Below are positions 26,757 to 38,789 of a stretch of 64,000 nucleotides of DNA, piece after piece. Position 1 is the stretch's first letter, and the number at the start of each line of letters is the position of its first letter. The notes under the pieces were generated by a model. The model had not been told where the DNA came from, did not search any database, and worked only from the letters and a program-made list of their open reading frames with translations. Source of the stretch: Paraspadella gotoi (taxonomy: Eukaryota > Animalia > Chaetognatha); contig JBJCIZ010000810.1 in the NCBI GenBank assembly GCA_051294375.1, positions 1-64,000 of the forward strand. The letters are read 5' to 3'. The translations under genes were made by a program, and so were the position numbers.

Positions 26757-27433
26757 AACAAGTTTGAGCAAACAACGTCGGATCTGTCGACGATAATTAA
26801 GCGGTAATAAGCTAATCCGATGATAATTCCTACTTTTAATTTGTGATCTAAACAGATCATAACAAATAATAACAAACATCTTTATAAATCTATGAAAATC
26901 TATAAATCAATTGATCAATCAATCATTACCAGTACCAAAACCAACTTGCATAATTTGGTCATTATACATAATTTGGTTATTTTGAAAATGTGGTCAACTT
27001 GTATGATTTGGTCAACTTGCATAATTTGGTCAACTTGCATAATTATGGTGACTTGCATAATTTTTTCAACTTGCATAATTTTTATAATAATTTTTTCGTA
27101 ATAGATCATTAGATTATAATTCATAACATATATATTTTAATAAATCATTAAAAAAATCTATCAATTAATCAGTCACTGATTCTATGTGTGATAATTCAAT
27201 GCAATTCTGAATAAAAAAATATTTATGAGTAGTGGGTGACTTTTGTTTTTTTCCATTTAAGCACATTTCCACTTGTACGATTCCATCGAAACTTCATATC
27301 CAACTTACCTACCCATAACCAAAATTTTATTTTAATCTATCCATCCAATCAAAATGATTTTAGGGTTGGACCGACAGACCAACAAAGTGAATTATAGAGT
27401 CGGAATGTGCTGATAAGCAGATCCAAATTAAAA
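26757..27433 (+). mobile_element. Helentron-associated non-autonomous element (HINE, DINE-1-like), short copy
   Basis: 5' aacaagtttgagcaaacaacgtcggatctg, internal 18-bp tandem repeat cataatttggtcaacttg, 3' hairpin gtcggaatgtgctgataagcagatcc followed by A's. Same ends as 53578-57214. Confidence 0.75.
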
Positions 27434-29964
27434 GCAAAGAAGAAAAATTGTTATTTTTAATAAAGACTAAATTGTTATTACAGGCATGTTGTGACTAGAG
27501 TGATAGTCTTCATCAATGCAAATTAACAAATTCAAATGAAATAAATTTTTACATAATTTGTGTGTGTGAGACAGAGAGATAGAGAGAGAGAAAAAAAGTT
27601 AATGTTCATTAAAAAGAATTGAGAGATAGAATATTTTTTTTAAGTTGACAGTTGACAGCCTAAGAGTGAGGACAGTTAATATTGAGGGAAAAAATCCAGG
27701 GAAATGACAGGTTTCAAATCACATACTATAAGCACTGTAAAACATTTTATAAACCTTTTAAGTCGAGCAAATAATTAAATCGCGAGCAGCAAAAGTTTAA
27801 TTTTTGCTTATAAAGGATCAATATTTCATTATCCAATAAATAAATATTTTGACCATGTTTACATTTGAAATATACATCCTAGTACAAAAGTTACTACCAA
27901 AATATCTCTATAAATAGTATATAAATACTAATATTTCTCAAGCAACACATATAATTATTATTGATAACATTGTGAAATCCAAATTCTGTTTCATATAGCT
28001 CATTTCAATTGAGCATAAAAAATACATTATATATTATACAACAATAAATAAGCTTTGATCCTTCGACATTGTATAAAAGTTGCAATGACTTTTGCAGTTT
28101 GTCAATAGAAAGCAAAACAAGAGTTCTGTACTATAAATGATAATTATGAATCAAGCTAAGATAAGAAAAATAGGTTAGTAAAGACTTTCAAAAAATTTTA
28201 TGATATTAATTTTTTTTTAGTTGAAAAAATATAATACTGATTGTTGGAAAGAAACTTTCGTGGATTCGTTATGAGCATAAACAGGTTACTGATTAATATT
28301 TCAAAAAGAAAATGCAATCATTACCCTACTAATAATAGATAAATATATTCAGATTGATAAAAATGATAAAAAACTAATTGTACTCTGTTTAGATAACTTT
28401 TTATGGGTTAAATGAATCCTTTTTATGGGTTATATGAATCTATTCTTGAAAATTAAATTTAAAAAAGAATTTGTATTAGCAAAGCATAAAAAATAATTTC
28501 ATATAAATTAATTGAGTACATAAACAACAAAAGAAATTTATAACACAGAACTCCTAATGATTAAATATGGCCATTATAACGGTCGTGGTTCCAACTTTAC
28601 AACTGGTTTAAACATTAAACATAATTCCAACCTCGGACTAAGGATATGCTTTACTCATTTGGAAAAGTTGTAAGTTTGAACTTCTTATTTCGGTTATTAA
28701 AATAAAAATAGTATATTTTTAATGCAATATTTGTATTAATTCCAGCTATTCCAGCTTATACAAATAAAATCGTTGTTAAATCAAAAACCAATTTCCGTTA
28801 AAGGTTTATCTTTATTTTGAAATCTTAATATAATATCTTAATCTTATTTGTTTAGACAACTTTTAATAGCTATCTGAATCCAATTTTAAAAAGACATAAT
28901 TCAATAAAAAATTTTAACATTTCTTATTTATAAATAAATATTAAAAAATTAATTACTTGTGCTTCTAGCCATTTAAAAAAAAATTTGGTCCATTTAAAGT
29001 TTTTTCAATGTATAAATTTTCATTTGGGAAGGTTCTCAAATCAAAATTCTGACCAACCCCATTGACATAGATTTGCCCTATTACAACCCAATATTTTTAA
29101 AGATTTTCCATGTCCCAAAACGAGTCCAAACTTTTACTTTTCCACATTTACCAGCTTTAATTAGAGTTTTCCTTTTTTCCAGTATTAATTATACCATTTA
29201 TCTGTTGGAAGAAACAATTTTTTATCAAATTTAATGTTAATTAAAATTTATTCCTTTAATTAACATTAGAAATACAGTCAGTAATTATTATCATTTATCA
29301 ATTCAATTAATTTATTGTTCTTTGAAAAATTACAACTTACAACAATTACAAGATGCCAGTTAGATTTAAGTGAAATTGTTTGTTTTGCTCACAGACAACG
29401 AATTTGTTTTTATTTTCAAGGCTAATATTAGCAGAAACATGTATGTTTTTCCCCTTAAAAACAAAACAAAAAATTTCACTTAATTCTAATTTCAAATGCA
29501 ATGAAACAATAACCTCAAAATAAAAATATGCCTGTTAAAATTTTAAAAGTGAAAACATGTTGAAAAGGCCTATTAATTAATAAATTTGTAATTTTTTTGT
29601 TACTTGAACTATTTTTATTTATAATATTAAGCTTATATTATTATAGCATTAGTCAGACATTGCAACAAGTTCAACCCGCCTAAAAGCCTTCAGTTCTAAC
29701 GCGGTTGCTCGATGAGTATTAATTAACATCAACGTATGACTGCTAGATACCGGGACCAATCCCCAATGATATCTACCCTGTGAAAAGGATGGCCTTTAAC
29801 CGCTTTTGGGGAAAAGAAATCCCTTAAGAATGGCTTCCCGGGATACTTTTCATTGCTCTTGATGGGGCTCAGAAGATACTATTTATTACCTTTAGCGCCT
29901 TATAAAATAAAAGATTACAAATAGTAATCTGATTGTTACTGAATAAAATTGAAATAAAAATATT

Positions 29965-30105
29965 TTATAGTGTACTAAAATCCTACAATCGTTCATCAGC
30001 GGCCATTGTTGCAGTAGTCAAGTCATTCTCTTCCCAACTCAAATGTTTGGGGTTTTAGCCCAGTAGCCGTTTAGCAGTTAAAAGGGACCGGGTGCTTAAA
30101 CAGCC
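29965..30105 (+). mobile_element. Diverged, 3'-truncated copy of the SINE
   Basis: Aligns to about 18248-18390. Confidence 0.7.
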
Positions 30106-30727
30106 GGAAAAAAAAATTAACCTAAGTTAGGGTTGGGGGAGAGGCATGGAGTTTAACAGGAGGCCTGGTTTAGGGTTAGGGTTGGGGAAGGAGCCCGTGG
30201 GTGATGCGTTCATCCCCGTGTCTCAACATCAGCCGCGAGCCTCTCCTCTAACTCGCGCCTTTCATTATATTCGCTACTTTTATCACTGGCGAGGTGACAT
30301 CGCCAGGGTCCTGGCGATATCGCTATGGCGAAGTCGCCAACCAACTAGAACCAACTCTATAAAATTTTTAAAAATATTTATTAAGTAAATAATCTCTAAA
30401 TTTAAAATTTATAAATTTATCATAACATTTAAATTATATTTGTTTTACTTTCAAAATTTTATTAAACATTTTTTTAAAAATTGATAAATTCTTCATTGAT
30501 TTCTATAATAGCAAGTTGAAGCAAAATGATTGTTTTTTCCGCAGATGTAGCATCTTCGGTTGGTACGCCTTCTGAGAATAATTTAAGAGCATTATGGTTG
30601 TTTTAGGATAAGAAAATTTTAATATACAGGAGTCGGAAACAAAACTTATTAAAATTTTATTATCTTTACAAATAAACGAATATCTCCGGAACCATTTGAA
30701 GAATATCAGTGAAATTTATATCAAATA

Positions 30728-30923
30728 TTATGGTGGACTAAAATCCACCAACCATTTATCGACGGCCATTGGTACCGGAGGCAAGTCAACCGCCTCCCAA
30801 TCCAAAAGGTTAGGGGTTTTAACCCGGTGGTCGCCTAGCAGTTAAGAGGGACGGGACGCTTAACCCGCCTGTAACACGGTCTTATAGCCTGATCTGAAGC
30901 TCAGAGACTGCATATATTGAACA
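30728..30923 (+). mobile_element. SINE copy
   Basis: Aligns along nearly the full length to 18248-18445. Confidence 0.8.
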
Positions 30924-31114
30924 GTAGGGTGAAGTGAAAGTTTGGAATCAAAATTTAACAGTTATATTTTGAAAACTATCATATTAGTGAAAATTAATCT
31001 ATACTTATTTTTTTTTTACAAATATAGTAATCCAGTCAGCTTATTTTGTATATAGTACTACCCTTGTATAATAAAGCGTAGTGACAGTTACGTACGGAAA
31101 TTCTAAAAGTTTTA

Positions 31115-32040
31115 CAAGCGCCGGTAGAAATACGCTGTCATTTTCAAACCAGTGGTTATTTATTGATTTTAAAATTTAGTTGAATAGAAAATACTAAAAC
31201 TATTTATGTGTTAAAATTTTATATTGATCAGTTAAGATATGCCTTGACAATGAGTGGAGAAAGTTGGCTTGTCAAATCGGATTTCATTTTTCAACTCACT
31301 GTTTTTAAATTAAATTTTTTTTTTAACTTTTAGCACTTTTTTAAACAAAGTATTTATTAAAATATTAACAATATTAATATCCTCAGAAAGCCCTTAAAAA
31401 TATGAAGAGAATTATATACTTACGAATACTGTAGTATAAAATTTAACTGGCCCAGCTTTAATTTAATTAGGATATTCAAAAATGAGACATCTTTTTAAAA
31501 ATCAATAGCTGGAGAGTAAATTTATAATTTTTATCAAATTGTGATTGGCTATCTTAGATCTTTTTTTCTCAGGCTCTTTCATGATATTTATATAAATAAT
31601 AATATTTTTTGTTATAATAATTTAAACAGGTCATATATTTTGAAAAAAGATTTAAAATTTTAAATAATTAACTTTTGACACTCTTAATTGAACCAAGGCT
31701 GGGCAACTTACTTTTTATGTTAGAGCTTTCATAAGTATATCAATCTCTTCATATTTTTAAGGGCTTTCTGAAGATATTAATATTGTTAATATTTTAATAA
31801 ATACTTTGTTTAAAAAAGTACTAAAAGTTCCAAAAAAAAAAGAATTTAAAAACAGTGATTTGGAAAATGAAACCCGATTTGACAAGCCAACTTTCTCCAC
31901 TCATTGTCAAGGCATATCTTAACTGATCAATATAAAATTTTAACACATAAATAGTTTTAGTATTTTCTACTCAAATAATTTTTAAAATCAATGAAATAAC
32001 CACTGGTTTGCAAATGACAGCATATTTCTACCGGCGCTTG
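31115..32040. mobile_element. Tc1/mariner-type MITE with about 300-bp TIRs
   Basis: ta|caagcgccggtagaaat...atttctaccggcgcttg|ta with long, near-perfect inverted arms. It lies immediately after a 5' stub of the hAT MITE (31072-31110). Confidence 0.85.
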
Positions 32041-32787
32041 TAAAATTGTCACCATGTAGAGAAGTCTTATTTTTGACGTACACTGCCTTCCGAGCTTTTA
32101 TGGCCTATCTAGGAAGGGGGAAAGTGCGTACATCTTTATAAAAAAAATTTTTACAAGTTTTCGATTACAACTTAACTATGGTTTTTTAGAATTATTCCAA
32201 ACTTGGATTTTAGGACCTGGTGGCAGTCTGCTTTAAGACGCCATACATTGAGCTAATAAAAAGTTTAACATCTGAACAGGATAAGGGTGAAAAGTCTAAT
32301 GACTCCAAATAAAAATCTTACTCATTATTAAAATATTGTAGCTGCATTACAGTATGAGGCAGTATATAAATATTTGAGCTTGGGTTATCATCTTGAGGAC
32401 CGTTAACCTCTACCAGGCTTTAAATGACACCTAAGTTCATATCAATTGGCTTCACCACTTGTTTTATTTATCATAATAAAATTAAACTGACCCATTTATA
32501 TATTATATCTTGTCATTAGCCCAATCTTTGTGACATAACGATAATGATTGGTATAGCAATAGTTGACAACATGATAAATTAATTTAAATAGAATTATAAG
32601 TTTTGATTCCCGACTCTGTAATTCCAATATAAAATATTTTTACTTTGTGAAAAAAATTAAAAGAAATAAACAAATAAACAAGTGGAACATTCCTATTCCT
32701 GATCCCTTAACAAGGTATCGTATTTTTTAAAAAATTTAAATATTTTTATTAATACATTATAATACATAATACAGTAACATCCGTCAA

Positions 32788-33281
32788 GAATTTCTGAGAT
32801 GGCAAGCTCTATATCTCTCATATTTACGGTTATTTAATCAGTAAGTCTATGCTCTATTGTCACTTTTGGGACATGGCAACTAAGTTGAAAAATTTTCGGT
32901 TGCCAAGATTCGAACCAACATCTTTCTTTGTCTCCGAATCAAGCGGGCTCTCACGAAGCAAATTTAAGAATTTAACTTTTAAATTTCAGATATTTTTTTT
33001 TAAATGAAGAATCGTCTGAACGCTTTGCTAATTATCATGAAAAAAAATTATGTATTTTAATAAGCAACTAATTGTTTATTACTTATTTCCAAGAGAGTTA
33101 AAAATAAATGTTATGAAGTATACATATGAAATATCTCAAATTTTTTTTCGAACGCCGAGTGGTTAGCATTCCAACTTAAGAATAAAAAGGTTGAGAGTTA
33201 AGAGTTAATCACAATGTCTCAGAAAAATTTCTGATAATCATAAATGTATTTCAGTTATAGAGCTTGCCGTCTCAGAAATTC
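32788..33281. mobile_element. MITE with 26-bp inverted repeats
   Basis: gaatttctgagatggcaagctctata and tatagagcttgccgtctcagaaattc. Confidence 0.6.
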
Positions 33282-33789
33282 ATTCATCAAGTTAAGGAAT
33301 AAGGTTTAGGGTTAAGAAATTATTTCAAGAAAAAAAATTATGAACTAAAATTTGGTAGATTGTGCTGAACAATTATTAATAGTCAACTTACGGAGTAAAA
33401 TCTATTGTTATTTGTCCGATGTATTCGTTAACTCTGAGAGTAGAAGTAAAAATTAAAGCATATTTCAATGGTTAGTATCTTACATTCCTCTATGATTGGT
33501 TGTACAATTGTCACTGCAGATAAAAATAATGAAAATAAAAATAAATAAATATTTTTTTATATGTTCTTTTGGCAGATTATTTTATAATTTTTATTTTATA
33601 TATGCTCCATAAAAACTGAAACAATTTTTAATATTAATAATAATTAAGTTGAGATCATTTAAATTCAATTATTGTTTTTTTAATCATTTTTTGTTGATTT
33701 AATTAGATTGGATTTAATTATTCAAATATTTTGTTATAGTATTTAGCGTTTGGACTTTTTAAACAATATTTTTACCAAATTTATTAGTA

Positions 33790-34340
33790 CAGAAGGCTTC
33801 ATATTATAAAATGAGGTACCCTTTTTTGTGACCAGAATCTGGTCCAACCAAACTACCCGATCGAATTTCATGAAATTTTACATTTAGAGTTCTAATGACA
33901 ATATAAATGGGATTATCGAGGCGTATTTTATATTTAACCCATGACAAGAGATACAGGGCCATTTTTTATGCGCATCAGGTACATTGACGTTTTAAACATA
34001 TAAAAAACATTTTAGAACTAAAATTGATAAATTTTCGTTAATAAAGTATTGTTTGAAGATGCATGGTTCATCGTTTTACTTTCAATTTTCCCAAATTGAA
34101 ACTGTTCAAAACAAAAATAATGAAATAATTTTTTAAAAATATTTTTAGCTTTTTTTGGACCCCTAGGGCCCTGTATCTCTTGTCAGGGGTCAAATATTGA
34201 AATTTGCCTCGATAGTTCTATTTGTATTCACATAGGGATTGTTCATACCAAATTTCAACAAATTTGGTCCAGTAGTTTTCTCGGAGCGTGTTCTGGTCAC
34301 AAAAAAACGGGTACCTCATTTTATAATATGAAGCCTTCTG
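33790..34340. mobile_element. Tc1/mariner-type MITE
   Basis: ta|cagaaggcttcatattataaaatgaggtaccc...gggtacctcattttataatatgaagccttctg|ta, giving a TA TSD. Confidence 0.85.
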
Positions 34341-34969
34341 TATTTTCTTTTAAATTCAAGTTTACATTGTCATCGTTCCTCCGTTGTTTGGACTTCTTCC
34401 ATCGAAACGCCGCGCTTTGAAGGAGGATTGGTATTTTGTCGATTTCTTCAAATCATCTCTGATGTAAAAAATAAGTTAACTACTGAGGCATTTAGTTAAG
34501 CACGTATAAACCTTAGATCGATTTAATTAACAGAAAAAACCTATTCGGGAAACTACTTGGAACCATCAGGGGAGACCTTCGTACATATCCTAGAGTGGTT
34601 TTTAAATTTGTTTTCTAAAGCACGTTTTTTAGAAAATTTTATTAAAATCAAATTTTTTTTTGAAGAAAAATTATTTAAAAAAAATTCATGTAAAACTGTA
34701 TTTAAGGCAAATAAGTAAAATTAAGGTATTCATCCTGATGAATTTTTCAAGACCTTTCAGATGAATTCATTTTCATCATTTTAAGATGATTCAATCACGA
34801 GATAATCGACTTACAAGTAATATTTTTCTTTATATTTATTTCTTTTTTCTTTATTTCATTTATTCTTATAATTATACAAAATTCGTCAATATAATTTATT
34901 AGCATTAAGTCACCTCTACTCCTGTTTGTAAAAAGTAAAATTAGAGTCTAGGAAAAAGTAGCTATATAC

Positions 34970-36515
34970 CGAGGGTAATGTTGCGTAGAGTGTAGTAGGT
35001 CTTTCGGTTTGTACCGACGTTCTTCGCGTTCTTCGCGTTCTTCCCGTCTTCGATCACAACGTTCGTCGCGTCGATCACTCCGATCGTCCTGCACGGTTCA
35101 TTTGAAAAGAGGAAAAATAAAATGAAAATATACCATCTCTGAAATGATAAAAAGCTGAAACTTTGCGGTTTGGATAAATTTATAATAGCTTAAGCAAACC
35201 GAGAGCTTTAATTTAAGACCAAATGAATATATATTAATTTTAATATTAATATTAATATTAATATTAATTTGAATCAAAAATTTATAGCGAGTACAAGCTC
35301 AAACAATTTTTTTTATATTTTAAATATACTTTCAATGGACAAAATTTTTTTTATATAGCTCTATACCCTAGAATTAATTTTTTAATATTTATTTATAGAT
35401 AGGAAAGGCCAAAAAAGTTTTGAAAATTTTTAAATTTTAAGACCAGATTCAGATAGCTCATAAAAAGTTATCTAAACAAAGTATAATTTAAAAAAAAAAT
35501 ATTTATCATAAGTAGGTCAATAATAAAAAAAATGTAAAAAATCATCATTATCATCATCTTTTGATGATTTTATAAGTTTTTTTAGATTTTTACTGAGAAA
35601 ACGTAAGAATTTTAAAAAGCTGTAATTTTGTTTCTTATTTAACTCTATCCGAATCCATCAAAACATTTTAAGATTTTAAATTTTTTTTTATATAGTAATA
35701 TAATACTTTTAATTATGCTAATATACAAAAAAATATTTTAATACTATAATCTATGCTCATGATAAATTATTTTAATGCTGTATACATTAGCATTTAAATT
35801 TTATTAGCTATAGCTAATAATGATTTAATATTATTTTAACTATTAAATATGGACTGGAAACTATAGAATATGACCTTCATTTTGAGCCTACTCCCAACTC
35901 TTTATGATAAATATTTATGAAATTATTTAATAAAAAAGCCTCAAAAATTACAAAAACATAAAAAATATTTATTTTATTTTCATATATAACTTTTTTTGAG
36001 TCAAATGATTTTATTTGCAGATTAATGTATATGGGATGTATTAAATACTATTAGTTATATTATTTTATTTATAATTTATTCAGTGTACCTAATTTTCGTT
36101 CAATTATAACCAAAATTACATATACTTTTGTTTGCTACAGCAACAAAATAAAAAAACAGTTAAAAAGAAATTATTTATAAAATTTTACTACCTAACCGAA
36201 ACTTCTCTTGATAATAAAATTTTAGATTTTTATCATTCCAGAGTTGGTATATTTCCATTTTCTTTTTCCTCCTATCAAATGAACCGTGCCTGATAACTAT
36301 CACGATCTTCGTCGCGCTGGTCTTTGCGGCGATCCCTTGAGCGCTCCTCTCGGCGGTCACCATGCTGATCGTCGCGTCGAGCGCCCTCGCCTTCCCCTCT
36401 CATTCGCTCCTTTCTTTCCTCGCGGAGTATTTCCCTTCTTCTGCTTCTTTTCTCTTCTTTTTTTCCATCCTCCATCATTTCCTGGACGTCGACCATAATA
36501 TCTTCAAATGATTCC
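34970..36515 (-). pseudogene. Arg/Glu/Asp-rich exon of an unidentified multi-exon gene, disrupted by the Chapaev-like MITE
   Basis: Acceptor tttttaag| at 36516 and donor |gtatat at 34969. Removing the MITE and one TSD gives a continuous frame ...RDEDRDSYQ-DDRSDRRDERCDRRREEREEREERRYKPKDLLHSTQHYPR. Further exon-like pieces lie at about 34920, 34590 and 34460. Confidence 0.6.
35092..36288. mobile_element. Chapaev-like (CMC) MITE
   Basis: About 60-bp TIRs starting CACGGTTCATTTGA; 4-bp TSD cctg at 35088-91 and 36289-92. Confidence 0.75.
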
Positions 36516-36794
36516 CTTAAAAATTAACAAACAGAGTCTCAAAAGTACTGCCAATTTACAGAATACAGCGAATCAGAACAGTTTAAATTAAATATTAAAA
36601 ATATAAAGTTCTTATTTTTTGTTAAATGAATGAATAATTTTTATATTGGTTGTACCAATTTCATTAAATACAAACTATTAACTTAAAACATTTAAGAAAA
36701 AATATTTTAAAAATCATCTTTTTTGCCGCCCTAATTAAAAATTATTTTTTTCAGCTACTCGGCTTTAAGAGAAAGTGAAGAGAAAGTAATTATT

Positions 36795-37007
36795 GATATA
36801 TATTAATGACAGAACCGTTCAATAAAGCAGTCCCTGAGCTTCGGATCAGGCTGTAACACCATGTTACAGGCGGGTTAAGCGCCCCGTCCCTCTTAACTGC
36901 CAGACGACCACCGGGCTGGAACCCGGACCTTTGGGTTGGGAGGCGAATGACTTGCCTCCGGCACCAATGGCCGCTGATGAACGGTTGGTGGATTTTAGTC
37001 CACCATA
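36795..37007 (-). mobile_element. SINE copy with 12-bp target-site duplication
   Basis: Reverse complement of the 18248 copy, flanked by aaagtaattatt at 36783-36794 and 37008-37019. A second partial 3' end follows at about 37020-37082. Confidence 0.85.
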
Positions 37008-38074
37008 AAAGTAATTATTATTATGTGATAGTGAAAGAACCATTCAATATAAGCAATCCCTGAGCTTTGGATCAGGCTGTAAATTCGTTTGAAATACACA
37101 TGAGCTGCTGTAAAAACTATTCTATGCATCTCACATTATATGCTGAATCATAAATTAAAAAAATTTCAGCATTTCTCAGTTTTGAAAGTTCAATGACCAT
37201 CCACAAGAACAAATGTTTTCACAATCGTTCGTTAAATTATATTTACTGAAATAAGTATGTGTTTTGAAATATATTTCCTAATATATAAAAATATTAGGCA
37301 AAAGCGCTCGGCTTGTTATTTTTGTAAAACAATGTGCAGTAATATAAGTAACAAAGAAGAAAATAATAATGATTAAGAAAAATGAACCTGTGTTCCGTAG
37401 ACTTGTCCATTTTGGCACCTGTTAAGCAATAATTAAAATTATAAAAATAAAGAAATTTATACGAGTCAGAGCCATGAGCCACAATCAGTAGAGAGCTACG
37501 GAGTTTATTTGGTTACTTTGACCGTGTTTAACCAACGTAGAAATAATATTATTTCTAAGATCTCGTGTTCGAAAAATTTAGTTTTCAAAAGAATAGTCGC
37601 ATTCTCCTTGTATATGACTTTTTAGGAGGTTAATATAAATATAATAACGTTAACCTCAACTACTTAATTCTTATGACAGAGGTTATCTTGATGACGGAAG
37701 GGTCAACTGACGAGTCGCCAGATGTCCATTAATCAGCTTACTATCTCACCTCACTGAACAAATCGCCTACCCTTAATATTTTTTTTAAAACTTACAGCGT
37801 CGGTCTAGCGTCAATGTTCGACATCATTTTCCGAACATCGGACAATAAAAGCCGAGAAATGCCGTTCGACCGCAACCGATTTATCAGATATGTGACCGAC
37901 CATCGTCGTGCGTCATTTTGGTGCTGAGCTTCGACGCTTGATCCTTAGTATCCAAGTAAAATTAACATGCTAACGCAAATATTCGTTGGTTGTTTTATAC
38001 TTATAGTCGTAAGCTCTTACCATTAATTTTCATTATTTGCGCATCTCACCTACTTCCTTAACCATACGCTTCCT

Positions 38075-38789
38075 NNNNNNNNNNNNNNNNNNNNNNNNNN
38101 NNNNNNNNNNNNNNNNNNNNNNNNNNNNNNNNNNNNNNNNNNNNNNNNNNNNNNNNNNNNNNNNNNNNNNNNNNNNNNNNNNNNNNNNNNNNNNNNNNNN
38201 NNNNNNNNNNNNNNNNNNNNNNNNNNNNNNNNNNNNNNNNNNNNNNNNNNNNNNNNNNNNNNNNNNNNNNNNNNNNNNNNNNNNNNNNNNNNNNNNNNNN
38301 NNNNNNNNNNNNNNNNNNNNNNNNNNNNNNNNNNNNNNNNNNNNNNNNNNNNNNNNNNNNNNNNNNNNNNNNNNNNNNNNNNNNNNNNNNNNNNNNNNNN
38401 NNNNNNNNNNNNNNNNNNNNNNNNNNNNNNNNNNNNNNNNNNNNNNNNNNNNNNNNNNNNNNNNNNNNNNNNNNNNNNNNNNNNNNNNNNNNNNNNNNNN
38501 NNNNNNNNNNNNNNNNNNNNNNNNNNNNNNNNNNNNNNNNNNNNNNNNNNNNNNNNNNNNNNNNNNNNNNNNNNNNNNNNNNNNNNNNNNNNNNNNNNNN
38601 NNNNNNNNNNNNNNNNNNNNNNNNNNNNNNNNNNNNNNNNNNNNNNNNNNNNNNNNNNNNNNNNNNNNNNNNNNNNNNNNNNNNNNNNNNNNNNNNNNNN
38701 NNNNNNNNNNNNNNNNNNNNNNNNNNNNNNNNNNNNNNNNNNNNNNNNNNNNNNNNNNNNNNNNNNNNNNNNNNNNNNNNNNNNNNNNN
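38075..38789. other. Assembly gap (others at 1554-1578, 44651-44750, 59100-59109, 63455-63479)
   Basis: Runs of N. Confidence 0.99.

Noticed and set aside
26940-27085. Regular 18-bp repeats (also 56285-56485) and the 12-bp repeats at 47137 as a CRISPR-like array or coding repeat
   Set aside because: Head-to-tail tandem units with no unique spacers, inside non-autonomous transposons in a eukaryotic context; no cas genes.
21800-27700. Terminal inverted repeats for the large transposase (…caagccta at 21853, …cagccta at 27662)
   Set aside because: Both motifs are in the same orientation and share no TSD.
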